A DNA stretch of 62,344 bases, the filler included. It is 9 parts of 9 records of this genome, joined end to end, with 100 filler letters (N's around TTAATTAATTAA, not from the genome) between each part and the next. Parts side by side here need not be neighbours in the genome. Positions count along the whole stretch, not along the records: positions 1 to 19,002 come from SRR7504441_1244; positions 19,103 to 23,206 come from SRR7504441_1272; positions 23,307 to 28,593 come from SRR7504441_1274; 6 more parts are not named here. One strand, given 5' to 3'. How positions within the stretch are numbered: the first letter of the stretch is position 1; each line of letters begins with the position of its first letter. The position numbers and the translations under genes are program-made. The notes below the pieces were generated by a model. The model ran no database searches. It was not told where the DNA came from and saw only the letters and a list, made by a program, of their open reading frames with translations. Of this stretch, positions 12,135 to 23,389 are shown piece after piece.

Positions 12135-13273
12135 ATGTCGTGGGCCGTAAAGCTCGCGGGCTCGTTCGCACCGTACGACGTGGGCACGACGTGCTGCATC
12201 GAGGATGCGTACCAGCGCAACGAAACAGAGGCGCACGTCACGCTGCGCGGCACGGAGTACCGCATTGACTTTGCAACGATGCGGCAGATTAACATGAAAG
12301 ACCGCAGCAAGCAGCGCGCAGTGCAGCGCACACCAGCTCCATCGCCTGTGGCTCCGTCGTCAGTTGCCGCGTCGCCATCGCCATCGAGCAGCAAACGCAG
12401 TGCTGACGACGTGGGCGCAGACGCGAAGCGGCCGCGCGCATCACCTACCTGCATTGCAACTTGGAATGCGCAATCTCTGCTACCTGGCACGGAGAACAAG
12501 GACAAGCTGCCGCGGCTGCTCCCCAGGCTGCCGCTGCAGCCTGACCTCCTCTTCATCCAGGAGACGCAGCTGGTCTCCGCCGCAGCGCAGAAGAAGCTGC
12601 CGGCGGCGCGGGCGCTGCTGCCCGGCTACACCTTCCACCCAGTGCCCGTCGCTGTAGAGGTCGCGTCCGAGAACGCGGCCAAGGGCACGGGCGTGTACGT
12701 ACGCGACGCCTCACCCATGGCCAGCGGCGGTGGGCTGGAGGTGAACACGACGGCGGATCCTTGGGGCGCGCTCGCCGTGTGGCGCTGCGACCGCGGAGTC
12801 ATCATCGGTGGTCGGCTCCCGGTGCCGACAAAGGCCAATGTCGCGACGCGGCTTCAGCTCGAGGACCACTTGGAGGCGCTGCTGCAGGCGCACAGCCGCG
12901 CGTCCTGGCCGTCCTCGGCGACCTCAATGTGACGCCGGATCTCGATCTGGACACGACGCAGGCGTGGACGGGCGCCGCGTACACTGAGTCGCGCGATCGC
13001 CTTGCCGGCCTCATGAGCAAGTTCGGCTTGCGCGATGTGTGGCGCGACGCCCACCCGGCGCCGGAGCGGCGCTGGACGACGTTTCAGGAGCGCGAGGGCA
13101 GGAGCTGGCAGGCACGTTGCGACCTCATTCTCGTGCCAGCGGCGCTCGCGACCAACGCAGAGGTGACCATCGTGGACGGGCCGGGCTTTGTCAACGCCGA
13201 GCGCACCAAGTCGAGCGGCAGGGAGCTCACCGGTAGTGATCATGTGCCTGTGCTGCTCGAGATAGTTAGTTAG
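12135..13273 (+). CDS. WWE domain fused to an exonuclease III/AP endonuclease (EEP) domain, frameshifted near 12890
   Basis: WWE: FAPYD..IEDAYQ..YRIDFATMRQIN..QRAVQR. EEP: IATWNAQSL, PDLLFIQET, then in the second frame GDLNV, LRDVWR, RCDLILV and SDHVPV. Confidence 0.8.
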
Positions 13274-13534
13274 TCAGTTACCGAGCATTTATTAAAACTC
13301 ATACTAACAATCAACTAGTCAAGCACAACTAATGGGCTTAAAGACAGCAGCATCCGGATTGAGAGCCTTGCTTGGGCGAGAATGCGTGCGTAAATCGGTC
13401 GGCGCGCCCGCCCAGACCCAGACCCAGAGTCCCTGGTTCCCAAATGGTGTTTACATGTAATAACGGCTGTTGCGGAGCGATCGTGCTGAGCCACTGGAGA
13501 GGCCTGCAGAGCTCTGGTGGCCGTTGGTGGTTAG

Positions 13535-15250
13535 TTAGAGCAGATCTACTACTGTAGTCCAAGGGGACTTCAATAGTTCAATAGCAAGGAGGACTACTAC
13601 GAAGCTTAAAAGCTTTGCTATTATGATGACATTGTACGTATACTCGGTTCCCACAACACTGCGACAGCAAACCCACCGACCACCAAGCTGCTGTTGCCGC
13701 CCTCGAATGCCCTCGGGGAAACGAAAGGTTCCAGGCTCCGGTCCCGCCGCCTCGAGAACGGCCCCGTTCCAGCTCTCAAACCCGTGCAAACGCAGGGCTG
13801 TCGCAAGCTTGTTAACCACCAGGCAGCCTCTGCCGCCGCTGTCATCCATCACAAACCCTCGCGCGTAGAGATTATCCCCGATCCTGGCAGCCCCGTTGAC
13901 TGAGCTCACTGTGGTCTCGACCAATCGGCGGGAGCGAGTTCCGAATGCGGCAGCAAGCATCCGTACCGCCCAGTACTTGGCATTGGGCTGGCCAGTCGTC
14001 CAATCCAACGAGGCCACAAAAGGACAGTTATCTGGGTATGGCCCAGCCACTAGCTGATCTGCCGTTACAAATAGCCAGCCGGCGTCCATCAGCCGCGCAA
14101 ACGCATACGCATAGGCCGCTGCAGCTGAGCTCCACCCGAGAGTCTTGCGGTTAATCCTTAAACCAGTTGAATTGGCCAGGGACGCATCCGGACACGGCGA
14201 CCAGTCCGAGGGGCACCAGTCCCAGATCTCGGTAATCAACTCGTTTAGCGCTAATTGAGTGGCTGGAGAGGTCTGATCTCGCCGCGTCATCAGTGGTACC
14301 GCCATGGTTTCAAACCACCGATCAAAGGCTTCGAACATGCTCGCTCGCTGACCTCGCATCCCAATACTCACGTGCACACTCAGCACGGGCGGGCGGGCCT
14401 TCTCCAAGACCTCCCAAACAAACCGTCTTCGCTCAGGCGTGACCGGGGTCAGATTGCCCTGCAGGTCTAGCCCTTGTGAGGTAACCGCTTCTGGCCCAAT
14501 CAGTGTAATGCTTGGGTTGACCTTAGCCACTTCGAGCCGCCACGACTCAAAGCACCGAGCGTACTGCTCCCCACTGAAGTGGTGCTCCTCCTCATTCAGC
14601 ACACTCAGATACGTCCAGTTGTACCGAAGCCCTGACCGGTGGGCCGCTCCGCACTCGTCAACGAAGCCACCCGCAGTGTACCACCCGACAAATCTGGCTG
14701 CAAACCGCGCCATCTCTGCACAGCTGGGGTCGACCAGCCGGGAGCCCTGGCTGTAGTAGCCCATACGACCTGACGGGAACCGCCACGGGTCTGCCGGTAT
14801 GGGGGCCGACGGCTGGGCCTCTTTGTAGAGCCAGAGCGGCATTGTGGAGAGCTGCTGGGCCACAGAATGCTCGCAGCGCCCCTCGGCCGCCCCGGGCCCG
14901 CAGACGGCCTGCATGAAGTCTGCTACCAGCCCGTCCAGCGTCGTTGAGTTCCACCTGCTGCCCTGGCAGGTAGTCCGCTCCAGCTCCGGCACCACTGCCA
15001 GTGGATACCCGAACCACGGGCTGAACCGGACCAGCTCGGCCCCCAGACTGCTCAACGCTCGGTAATACCCGCCGAACGGCCCGCCCTCAGGTGCCCTGGA
15101 CAGGAAGGGCATCACGTCTACCTCGATCTGGGCTGAGGTCCGCACCCCGGCCCGCACCAGCCCGGCCCAGTCTATACCGACAGCGGCCTCCCTCAGCGAG
15201 CCGGCGCCGGCCAGCCCAGCCAGCAGCGGCCAGAGGAACAGCGCTCGCAT
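13535..15250 (-). CDS. Secreted clan GH-A-like glycoside hydrolase (family unassigned)
   Basis: Signal peptide MRALFLWPLLAGLAGA. Candidate acid/base SVLNEEEH and nucleophile LALNEL. Late motif SLDWTTGQPNAKYWAVRML. The true C-terminus may lie in another frame ending at 13621. Confidence 0.6.
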   Translation of the reverse strand: MRALFLWPLLAGLAGAGSLREAAVGIDWAGLVRAGVRTSAQIEVDVMPFLSRAPEGGPFGGYYRALSSLGAELVRFSPWFGYPLAVVPELERTTCQGSRWNSTTLDGLVADFMQAVCGPGAAEGRCEHSVAQQLSTMPLWLYKEAQPSAPIPADPWRFPSGRMGYYSQGSRLVDPSCAEMARFAARFVGWYTAGGFVDECGAAHRSGLRYNWTYLSVLNEEEHHFSGEQYARCFESWRLEVAKVNPSITLIGPEAVTSQGLDLQGNLTPVTPERRRFVWEVLEKARPPVLSVHVSIGMRGQRASMFEAFDRWFETMAVPLMTRRDQTSPATQLALNELITEIWDWCPSDWSPCPDASLANSTGLRINRKTLGWSSAAAAYAYAFARLMDAGWLFVTADQLVAGPYPDNCPFVASLDWTTGQPNAKYWAVRMLAAAFGTRSRRLVETTVSSVNGAARIGDNLYARGFVMDDSGGRGCLVVNKLATALRLHGFESWNGAVLEAAGPEPGTFRFPEGIRGRQQQLGGRWVCCRSVVGTEYTYNVIIIAKLLSFVVVLLAIELLKSPWTTVVDLL

Positions 15251-15776
15251 GTCACCCGCCGTGCTGGTACCTCGCGTTGCGGACCACGATGAGGAGAGAA
15301 TGGCCGAGAGGATCAAAGAGATACTAAGGATAAATTAAGCTTGTTTGCTTGCCTACTCACTTCACCCTACTCAATTAAGCTATACGTGCCTAAGATGAGT
15401 ATTGAACGTTTTTGCAAATTAAACAACCACCGTACAGATATATCTGACACTTAATTATCAGCCATCGCGACCTTTACTTTATGTTACTTTACCTTACCTA
15501 CCTCAAGCACCATTGTGCGGTGAACTTTTCGAGATCCGTCCAAATTGAGCACCGGCAGCTCTCGGGCCGCCTGGTGCAGCTCTGCAAGCGGCGGCGGGCT
15601 CGGGCGAGCGGGCTGTGGACCAGCCAATCTGCTTGCAAAGCGCCACTGGGCTGCACGATACACTGCCCGACTGTACAGCAGTACCCGGTTCCGGACGACG
15701 GGCAACGCGTACGTTTAGTATCATTAAATCATGGGTTTCGAAATTTATTTTGAGTCAAGTGCAATCACTTGCTTAT

Positions 15777-16494
15777 TTAGAATAATGACACCAGCCGCTC
15801 TTTCCATTGGTGGTCGCACATCGATAGCCCGAGCTCAACACCAGCATCAGGATCAAGCTTGAGCTTTGTTTGTGCAACCCCAAGCGCTAATGAATCCCAC
15901 TGCTCGGTGGCCTCTTTCCAGCCATCTTCCGTGGAGCTGTGATTTCCAGGAGGGTTTGGGACATGCGCTGCACGCGAATCGAAAGCGGCATTGCGGACAT
16001 AGAACATGCGGCAACTGCCCATTCGCTTTTGCTTTGTGCACTTCACAGCACCTCCATCTTCACTTTGTGTGGCGCAGCTCGCAAATCGAGCCATTGAAAA
16101 TTTGAATGCCCGCATTTCCCTAAATCCTTTCTTCAGCGACCCAGCGGAACTGGACTCGACAGTTTCAGTAGCCGAAGTACAGACGAATCCTCGCGGCTTA
16201 TATCCGGACTTTCTGGGATCACGATTCCAGTTGTCATTTGCTGCCCCACCAAAGTACGGGGTTTGCATCCCCTGTCCATTGGTGAAGACAGAACACTTGA
16301 CCGGTCGCGGATCCCCGGTGACCGCTCGGGTCACGGCCTCTTGCCATTTGTTATAGTTGTTGATCCGATAGCATGAGGTCGGCCATGAGCTCATGGTCGA
16401 GCACCGTGACCTCCAGCTCCGCCCCATGCCGGAGCCCCGCCACCGATAGCGCACAGAGCACCAGCCCGAGCGCCGTCGGTCTCTGCCCCACCAT
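15777..16494 (-). CDS. Hypothetical secreted Cys-containing protein (frame change near 16370)
   Basis: Signal-like MVGQRPTALGLVLCALSVAGL lies in one frame and a 200-aa Cys-containing ORF in another. No obvious intron joins them. Confidence 0.45.
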
Positions 16495-16634
16495 GGCAAT
16501 CACCTCACAGAGATTCGGGCCCCCACAACAACTACCCCCCCTTTCAGAAATTCTTTCCCGATTCGGGAAAAGCCGAGATACGAGCTTCGGTGAGTGACAG
16601 TGGTGGCGCCAGCGCACACGCCTGGCCCTGCGGC

Positions 16635-16896
16635 ATGACGCTCAGTCCGAGGTCGCAGGCCGCCTGGCGCAAAGCGAACAGCACCCCGCGCTGTGTGGTC
16701 AAGTTAACGAGGAAAAGCACCGCTGAAGGAAAGGCGCCGAAGAGGGTGCACATCAAAGTGGTGCCCGCCGCCCGCAGGCCGCCGTGACTGCGCCCCGCAG
16801 GCCCTGGAGAAGGACCTGCGGCGGGTCGAAGAGGAAACGGCGCGCGAGTCCATGAGAGGATCTAAGGTTGGTGAGGGCATTGTGCCCCCAATATAG
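16635..16896 (+). CDS. Small basic hypothetical protein (intron 16761-16800)
   Basis: A clean 40-nt GT-AG intron joins ...VHIKV to ALEKDLRRVEEE...PPI*. Confidence 0.4.
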
Positions 16897-17101
16897 CGCA
16901 CAATATCGCTGTCATTGCGAGTGGCGGAGTGGGGGCGGAATGCCGGGCGTGGCATCTTTGGTGAACACAAGTGAGCGTACAGCGGGCGCATTGTGTTCCA
17001 GCTTATGGCGCTATTCGAGGCTTTCAAGTACGAGTACAATCATTTACTTGTACATGTATTTGTGAGTGGAATGTTAATTAGTCTACGTATTGAATGATTG
17101 C

Positions 17102-19002
17102 TCACCTCTTGCGGCTTGCTTTCAAGGCCTGCAACTCAGCGGTGGCCTCGTCTAGTTGCGCGGCTAGTTCTCTGCGGGCGCTCTCGGAAATCTCTAGTGC
17201 ATGCTTGGTGCGGCCAACTAGCTCATACGCATCCAGCTGCGAGGCCTCCGCTGCAGCCCTCGCCTGCTTCTCACGGTTCAAATCGGCTTCAAACTCGTGA
17301 ACTATCGAGTACTTCTGCTGCTGGGCCTGCTTGAGCGTCTCTGCCAGCGTGTCCATCTCTCGCTGTATCTCGTTAGCCCGAGTGCGCTCGGCTACAAGCA
17401 TTGAGAACGGGACCATCTTGTCGTCGTCGGCTTCAGCTCCGACCTCAGCGAATTCCTGTTCTAAATCAACTGCAGCTCGTCGAGACGACTCCTCTGGGGC
17501 TGCCCCGTCAGGCGCATCCAATGGATCCTCGCTCTCGACAGACTTGGAGGTCTTGAACAAAGAGATTAGTCCAGTCCATCCGTCCACTGCTAGCTCTCGT
17601 ATGCTCCTCTTGGCAGCAGGCCCCTCGCCAGCTGCCATCAGCAAGTCCTGATCAACCTGCGCACACTCGGCCAGGGCCGCGCCTGTCAGCGCACCTTCTT
17701 GTCAAACACACGCCGCAGCTTTGTTATGTCCTTTTTGATATCAAACTGCGAGAAGGCCGAGTTGATCAGAGCATCGGCATCAAACAGACTGCTCTGAAAA
17801 GGCCTGGCCCAAGCGGCTCAGCAGGCTAGTGATGTGCGGCCACCGAAGCGCCATGAACAGCTCGCTCGTGTCGGTCCAGCTGGCCATTTTGGACTCGAAT
17901 GCCTGGATGGTGGCCAGTCCGATTCTAAATATAGTCTCGACCCCACGAGTGAGAAAAGCGTCCCAGATCCTGCAGACGGTTTCTGTTGGGAAGATCGTGA
18001 CAAACACACAGAGAAACCACTGGCTGCATATCAGCTCAGGTGGCACCTGCACACGGCTGAGCCAGGCCTTGGTCGCAGCACCTGTAGTTCCTCTAGCTGG
18101 GCGGCGGCTGTGCTCACATGGGCGGCCATCAGAGACCCAAACACTCGCTGGTCGACTAGCCAACCCTTCATGTTCTCCGTAAAGTAGCCTTTAAGATATT
18201 TTTCGACAATGCACACCAGCGTCCAAAAGGTGGGCTCCTCCTCCATGTGCAGCAACAGGAACGCCGCCAGAAAGTTCATAGACTGACAATAGCCAACCGA
18301 TGGGTTGTGTTTGGCATACGCTTGTAGGATCCTGCGCAGTTTGGCCTGCCCTTCCTCGGACGCCTGCGCCACCCAGTCAGCCGCCAGCAACGCAGGGCCA
18401 TACCAGCGAGGCGTGGTTCGGGAAGGTACGATCGAGATCGCATTCAATCACTTTCGCCATCGCCGGCGGCTCCTTGCCACAGCTGATCAGCAGCTGCTGG
18501 TACTTACCGTTGTTCCTATCTAGCAACGCGGCCGCCCCACACACGCGCATCCAGACTTGCCCGCGCAGCCGCCTCGGGATACCGGTCAGGCACAGCTTTT
18601 TAATCTCGTCCAACGACGGTATCCCGGCCCCTCCGTGCTTTTCAGTCCACTTTGCCCTCTTACCGTGCTTATTAAAAGACGCCTGCCCAGACCATTCGGT
18701 CGGCTCACCCGCAGGAGCGCACCTCGACGCCCTCGGCCCAGGCGCTGCTGATCGCCTCCTCCCGCTCGGCAGTGATCTTCTTGTGCGCCCTGTATTGCGG
18801 GAGAAGCTACTCACTCGGTCAGCACGCCACCCACGCCCCAGCTCACCTCGTCTGTCAGAACAAACCCATGGTCGTCCCTCCGCGCCGGCAGCACCCGGCT
18901 GGTCCCAATGTGCCTGCGCCACAGCCTCAGCCGGCATCACGTCCGCCTGGCACCCTGTCCTGTTCCGAATGTGTCCGCCGCTATCGATAGCGATCCGCTT
19001 CC
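17102..19002 (-). CDS. TBC-domain Rab GTPase-activating protein with C-terminal coiled coil (5' end at contig edge)
   Basis: Motifs GIPRRLRGQVW, IECDLDRTFP (Arg finger), GYCQSMNFLAAFLL (Gln finger), QWFLCVF and RIWDAFL. Six short GT-AG introns were resolved. Confidence 0.93.
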
Positions 19003-19102
19003 NNNNNNNNNNNNNNNNNNNNNNNNNNNNNNNNNNNNNNNNNNNNTTAATTAATTAANNNNNNNNNNNNNNNNNNNNNNNNNNNNNNNNNNNNNNNNNN
19101 NN
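19003..19102. other. Artificial contig linker
   Basis: 100 bp of N with a central TTAATTAATTAA (stops in all six frames). Confidence 0.98.
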
Positions 19103-19198
19103 GGTGGGCTTGGGCTGCTCCATGATCAGGAACTTGAGGTGCGGGTGCTGCTTGTGGTGCACCAGCGAAAAGTTGAGCTTGTCCCCCCGGCCGCTCAT
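19103..19198 (-). CDS. N-terminal fragment of a PRL/PTP4A-like tyrosine phosphatase (cut by contig end)
   Basis: Reads MSGRGDKLNFSLVHHKQHPHLKFLIMEQPKPT, resembling the PRL N-terminal xFLIxxxP strand. Only 32 codons are visible. Confidence 0.45.
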
Positions 19199-19489
19199 GC
19201 TGACTCGCTCAAGTGTGGGTTGCTACTGTGGGTTGTTATCCGACTCCGACTTTCCAGCAGACCGGGCTGGAGCTAAGTGTGACCTGCAGCCGCCGGCTGA
19301 GCCAGCGCTCGGCCGGTCGGCACCCACCGAGGCACCGGTCGAGGCTGTCTCCAGAGTGAGGCCGAGCAGAGCTGAGGCGTCCAGAGTGAGCTGAGCACCA
19401 GAGCAGCGTGTGGGACGAGCTCTTTCGAGGCCTAGGCAACTCGAATGCCGTTGAAACCAGCTGCAGGCAATTTGCCGTGAAACGAGCTC

Positions 19490-21079
19490 ATGCAGGCCAG
19501 TCCGGAGCGCAGTCCGGCAGTGGATCGGGCTCTGGCGCTCAAGAGCCCCAACATCAGCGCGCCCGGGGGCGAGGGCAAGCCGAGGGTGCGGGCCTGCCCC
19601 CTGCTCCGGCCCACTGCTGCTGGCCAGATGCCCAAGCTCGAGCTCATCGCCAAGGACCTGGCGGCCCCGTCGGTGGTCAGCTCCCGGCTCGCCCAGCTGT
19701 CCGCCCGGATCGATCGCGACTCCGCGTACGACATACAAGACCAGTCGGTGCGCCCTGCACGCACGGCCGCGACCAGCGAGGCCCGGCCCAGGCCCGCAAC
19801 CTGGTGATGGAGAGCAAATGCAAAGCGGTGCAGTCGCGGTGAGCGGCTGCCGCGCACGGGCCTCACCCCAGCGCGCAGGATCCACGCAGCCAAGTCCACC
19901 AACGTAGACCGGCTCAAGCCAATGTGCGAACTGCTCTCGCGGATCGGATCGGTGGGCTGCCCCCGCGCGGGCCACGCGAGCGCTGGGGGCAGGACATCGC
20001 GGCCGAGGAGGAAAAGATCCAGCGGAGCGACTCGCGGCTGGTAGGGGAACTGAATAAGACCCAGGATGGGTTCGTGATGGAGATAGAGCAGTTGGCCGCC
20101 GACAGGGCCCAGGCCAAGCACAGGCTGGCTGGCCGAATCCAGCAGCAATGCGACACGCTCGCAAAGGAGTTCGAATCGTCCAAGGCGCCGAAGCGCACTG
20201 GGCCCGGGGCGAGCGGCCGGGCAGGAGTGGGCACGTGAGCACCAGGAGAAGCGGCACAAGAAGGCGGCGGAGAAGATATTCGCTGTGGTCGATTCGCTCG
20301 AAGGTGAGCACCAGAACAGAGCCCGATCGGACGCCCGGACCACCTCGACGGTGCCTCAGCCTGGCCGGCCCGGGGCGATCCGCGGCAGGTCGGCAAGAAG
20401 CACTCGGCGGTGGACGGAGCAGTGCTGGCCGAGAGGCAGTCGCGCGTGCAGGCTAGCGCTGGGCGAGGGAGTGGCTGAGCAGTGGGGCAGACTCATCACG
20501 ACATGGACGAGAAGATACAGTCGGCCTGCATGATCTACGTCCAGGAGCAGCAGCTGGAGCGCAAGCTGTGGCAGGAGAACCACAAAAACACAATGAAAGG
20601 CTTCAGGCTGGCAATGCAGCGGCTGGGAGAGAACCTAGAAGCAACTACAGAGTGTCGACAGGCGGGGTTTGACGAGGTTTGCGATCGTCAGACTCGGGAG
20701 CTGGAGAAGCTCCAACGGCTGATCGAGCAGGAGACGTCCAACCGGACGCAGGGTGAGCAGTCGATGATGACCCTGCTCGAGGGAGTTCACGCTAAGCTGC
20801 ACAACGAGGTGCGTGTTGCGTGGGCGAGTCGATCAACGTAATCGGCAGGTGATGCGCGAGCGAACTGAGAGGCAGAATACGGAGACGGTGCTGATGAAGC
20901 TTCTGGAGGAGTCTGTGGAGGCGATTGCGATCAAGGCAGATGAGGATACGCTCAGGCAGTTGCACGATATGAGAAAGGAGAGGTGCGGGACTCTTGGCCT
21001 GTCGAGTGGGGCTAACAGCTGGGCGCAGGGAGAGGGATCGGCTGATGCGACAAAAGCAGCTCGAGCAAGAGGCAGCTGA
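19490..21079 (+). CDS. SF-assemblin/beta-giardin-like coiled-coil protein (multi-exon, start uncertain)
   Basis: Coiled-coil exons with repeated E..R...E..(L/M)..LLE motifs (ETSNRTQGEQSMMTLLE, ERTERQNTETVLMKLLEE) joined by short introns. Confidence 0.6.
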
Positions 21080-21227
21080 GCCAGCACGCCGGATTGCAGA
21101 ATAAGCTCAAGACTGGGTGGAGTATCCAACGTAATTCCATGATTAAATGAACAACTCTCACTAGGTGTCAATTAACACCACATCTAACAATTCAAACGCA
21201 ACGCAAAGAAGCTTAGCTAGCCATGGC

Positions 21228-22181
21228 TTAGTTGTCACTCGAGGCCTCAGAAGAGGTGCTTTCGACCTCGTCCTGCTCTTCATGCCGCCCGCGCTCCGAC
21301 GGTGCCCCATCCCCACCCAGACCGCCCCCATTCTCTCTCCGCCAGCGTTCCTCGTCGGCGATACCCCTCGGCACAATCCACTTCTTGCTACTCGGGCCAT
21401 GCATTGCGTCGGTTCGCCGCCGCTTGTACCGCTCCTGCCTCTCGGCCGGCTGCAGCTCAAGCGCCTTATCCAGTTCGGCCTCAAACCTGGATATCCTCTC
21501 GATCAGCTTAATCTGCGCCTGGTCTGGCCCGTGAAGCTTGACCAGCCCTCGGTAGATGTTAAAGCTGTTCCGGTGCACGTCTTTCTCGTAGTCGACTAGA
21601 TCGTCATTGATGTCCACCAGGTGCTCATCCAGCTGGAGCAACCGGAGCAGCGGCTCGTCGTACGGCTGCCCGGCCAGTCTGAACAAGAGCAGGTGCAGCA
21701 CTCTGTAATCGAACGACTTGCTCAGCGAGGCAGCCAACAGCTCGTCCTCCTCCACCGGCTCCCCTCGGGCCCAACGGGCGCAGATGCTCCGCTCGGCCCG
21801 CCAGTACTGCAGCCCGGCCTCGAGCTCGGCCCGCAGCCGGTCGTCCCACAGGCCCTTGTGCTCCAGGACGGTCTGGATTGCCTGGGCAGCCGGGTATTCC
21901 AGCTCCGGCTGACTCCGGCCGCACATGGCGAGCTGCTCGTTCTCCTCGTCGAGCTGGTAGATGCTGGCCTCGACCCACACCAGCAGTGGCAGCAGCCGGA
22001 GCAGGTCAGTCGCCGGGTCGAGCCCGTGGAAGTGGAAGTAGGACAGCACGAAGTCCTCGATCGTGCTCCGGGCCCGCTCCATCGCGTGGAACGAAACAGT
22101 CTTGAGCCCGCGCGCCTCCCCGGCCCGCAGCGCCGCTCGCGCCTCCGCTGCCTGCTCGAACAGTGTCCGGCCGCGCTTCAT
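21228..22181 (-). CDS. Uncharacterised helical protein with an isoprenoid-synthase-like DDxxD motif
   Basis: Single 317-aa ORF with EASIYQLDEENE, KSFDYRVL and DINDDLVDYEKDV..NSFNIYR. Confidence 0.65.
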   Translation of the reverse strand: MKRGRTLFEQAAEARAALRAGEARGLKTVSFHAMERARSTIEDFVLSYFHFHGLDPATDLLRLLPLLVWVEASIYQLDEENEQLAMCGRSQPELEYPAAQAIQTVLEHKGLWDDRLRAELEAGLQYWRAERSICARWARGEPVEEDELLAASLSKSFDYRVLHLLLFRLAGQPYDEPLLRLLQLDEHLVDINDDLVDYEKDVHRNSFNIYRGLVKLHGPDQAQIKLIERISRFEAELDKALELQPAERQERYKRRRTDAMHGPSSKKWIVPRGIADEERWRRENGGGLGGDGAPSERGRHEEQDEVESTSSEASSDN

Positions 22182-22333
22182 GCTTCAGGGCCGCCCTGTG
22201 CAGTTCGGCGTCTGCCGGTGCTGTTCCCGCCCGAAACTTGCCAGCTTTTCTTGCTGCGCAACAACAGGAATTCCTACTACAACGGTGCCTTGTCATAACC
22301 GTCGTCTCAAAAAGCTCAGCACAAAATTCGCTC

Positions 22334-23206
22334 ATGGACTCGGCTCGGAGGCCGCCGCCGCTGTCGATGTCCCGGACCAACGGGGCATCGCTGCTGGCCA
22401 GCCATCTTGCATGGCGGCGCAACAAGCACGGGAGCGGCGTCCCGCCGCCGATCCCTCCCGCCGAGTCGGCCCAGCCTGAGAACGCGCCCCCTGCGCTGGT
22501 CCTGCAGGAATGTTCGCACTGCCACCGCCAATTCAGCGCGCGAGCTCTAGCCTGCCACGTCAAGTTCTGTCGGCAGGCGGCCGAGATGAAGTCCCGGATT
22601 GCTTCACAACTCCAGGCAGACCCGCCCGTGGACCAGCGATACGCCGCCATATACCAAGCCGAGATGACCAGCCCCGCGCCCGGTCCGGCGAGCCCCACCA
22701 GAGCCCCGCCCACCCCAGACCCCGTGGTCAGCCCGGCCGCCCAGCGCAAGCCCAGTCGCACCTGCCAGCCGAGCCCGATCCCCCGATTTAAGCGACGGCC
22801 GGTCCCGGCGGCGCTCCAGGCGCTGGACCGAGCTGACAGCCCGCCCCCTCTGGCACCTCAGCCGACAGAGCAGCCAATAGAGCCACAGCCACACCGACGG
22901 CCAAGAGCCAACAGCACGCCGCGGCGACGGCTACCAGCTGAAGGACAGATGCGGTCGGCTAGCCGGCAGCGTCGGCGGGAGGCACAACAAAGCGGTGACT
23001 GCTCGAGACAAAAGCAGCGACGGCCTCCGACAGCAGGAAGGCGAACCCCGCGCGGGCGGACAGGCAGGAGGCCGACAGATGCTGTAGCCATGGATGCGGC
23101 TACGAAGACTGTGCCCAAGAGCTGTCCGCGGCCTAGGGAGCAGGCCCCCTGCCCGCCAGATTCTCCGCCGCTTCCAACTCACAAGGCTCAGCCAGCTTCT
23201 CCGCCG
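22334..23206 (+). CDS. Pro/Arg-rich protein with a C2HC zinc finger (3' partial)
   Basis: ECSHCHRQFSARALACHVKFC fits the zf-C2HC pattern. The rest is low complexity and runs into the linker. Confidence 0.65.
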
Positions 23207-23306
23207 NNNNNNNNNNNNNNNNNNNNNNNNNNNNNNNNNNNNNNNNNNNNTTAATTAATTAANNNNNNNNNNNNNNNNNNNNNNNNNNNNNNNNNNNNNN
23301 NNNNNN
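23207..23306. other. Artificial contig linker
   Basis: N-run with TTAATTAATTAA. Confidence 0.98.
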
Positions 23307-23389
23307 GTACGCTGTCATGTACTCGAGATGCGCTGTCATGTACTCGGTGCGCCGGAGGTTGGCACCGGCGCACGCTATGTGCCGTCAGC

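Noticed and set aside
12460-13273. EEP domain as a LINE retrotransposon endonuclease
   Set aside because: It stops right after SDH, with no reverse transcriptase, poly(A) tail or target-site duplication.
23307-23350. Short tandem CGCTGTCATGTACTCG duplication
   Set aside because: Two copies at a contig edge with no further context.
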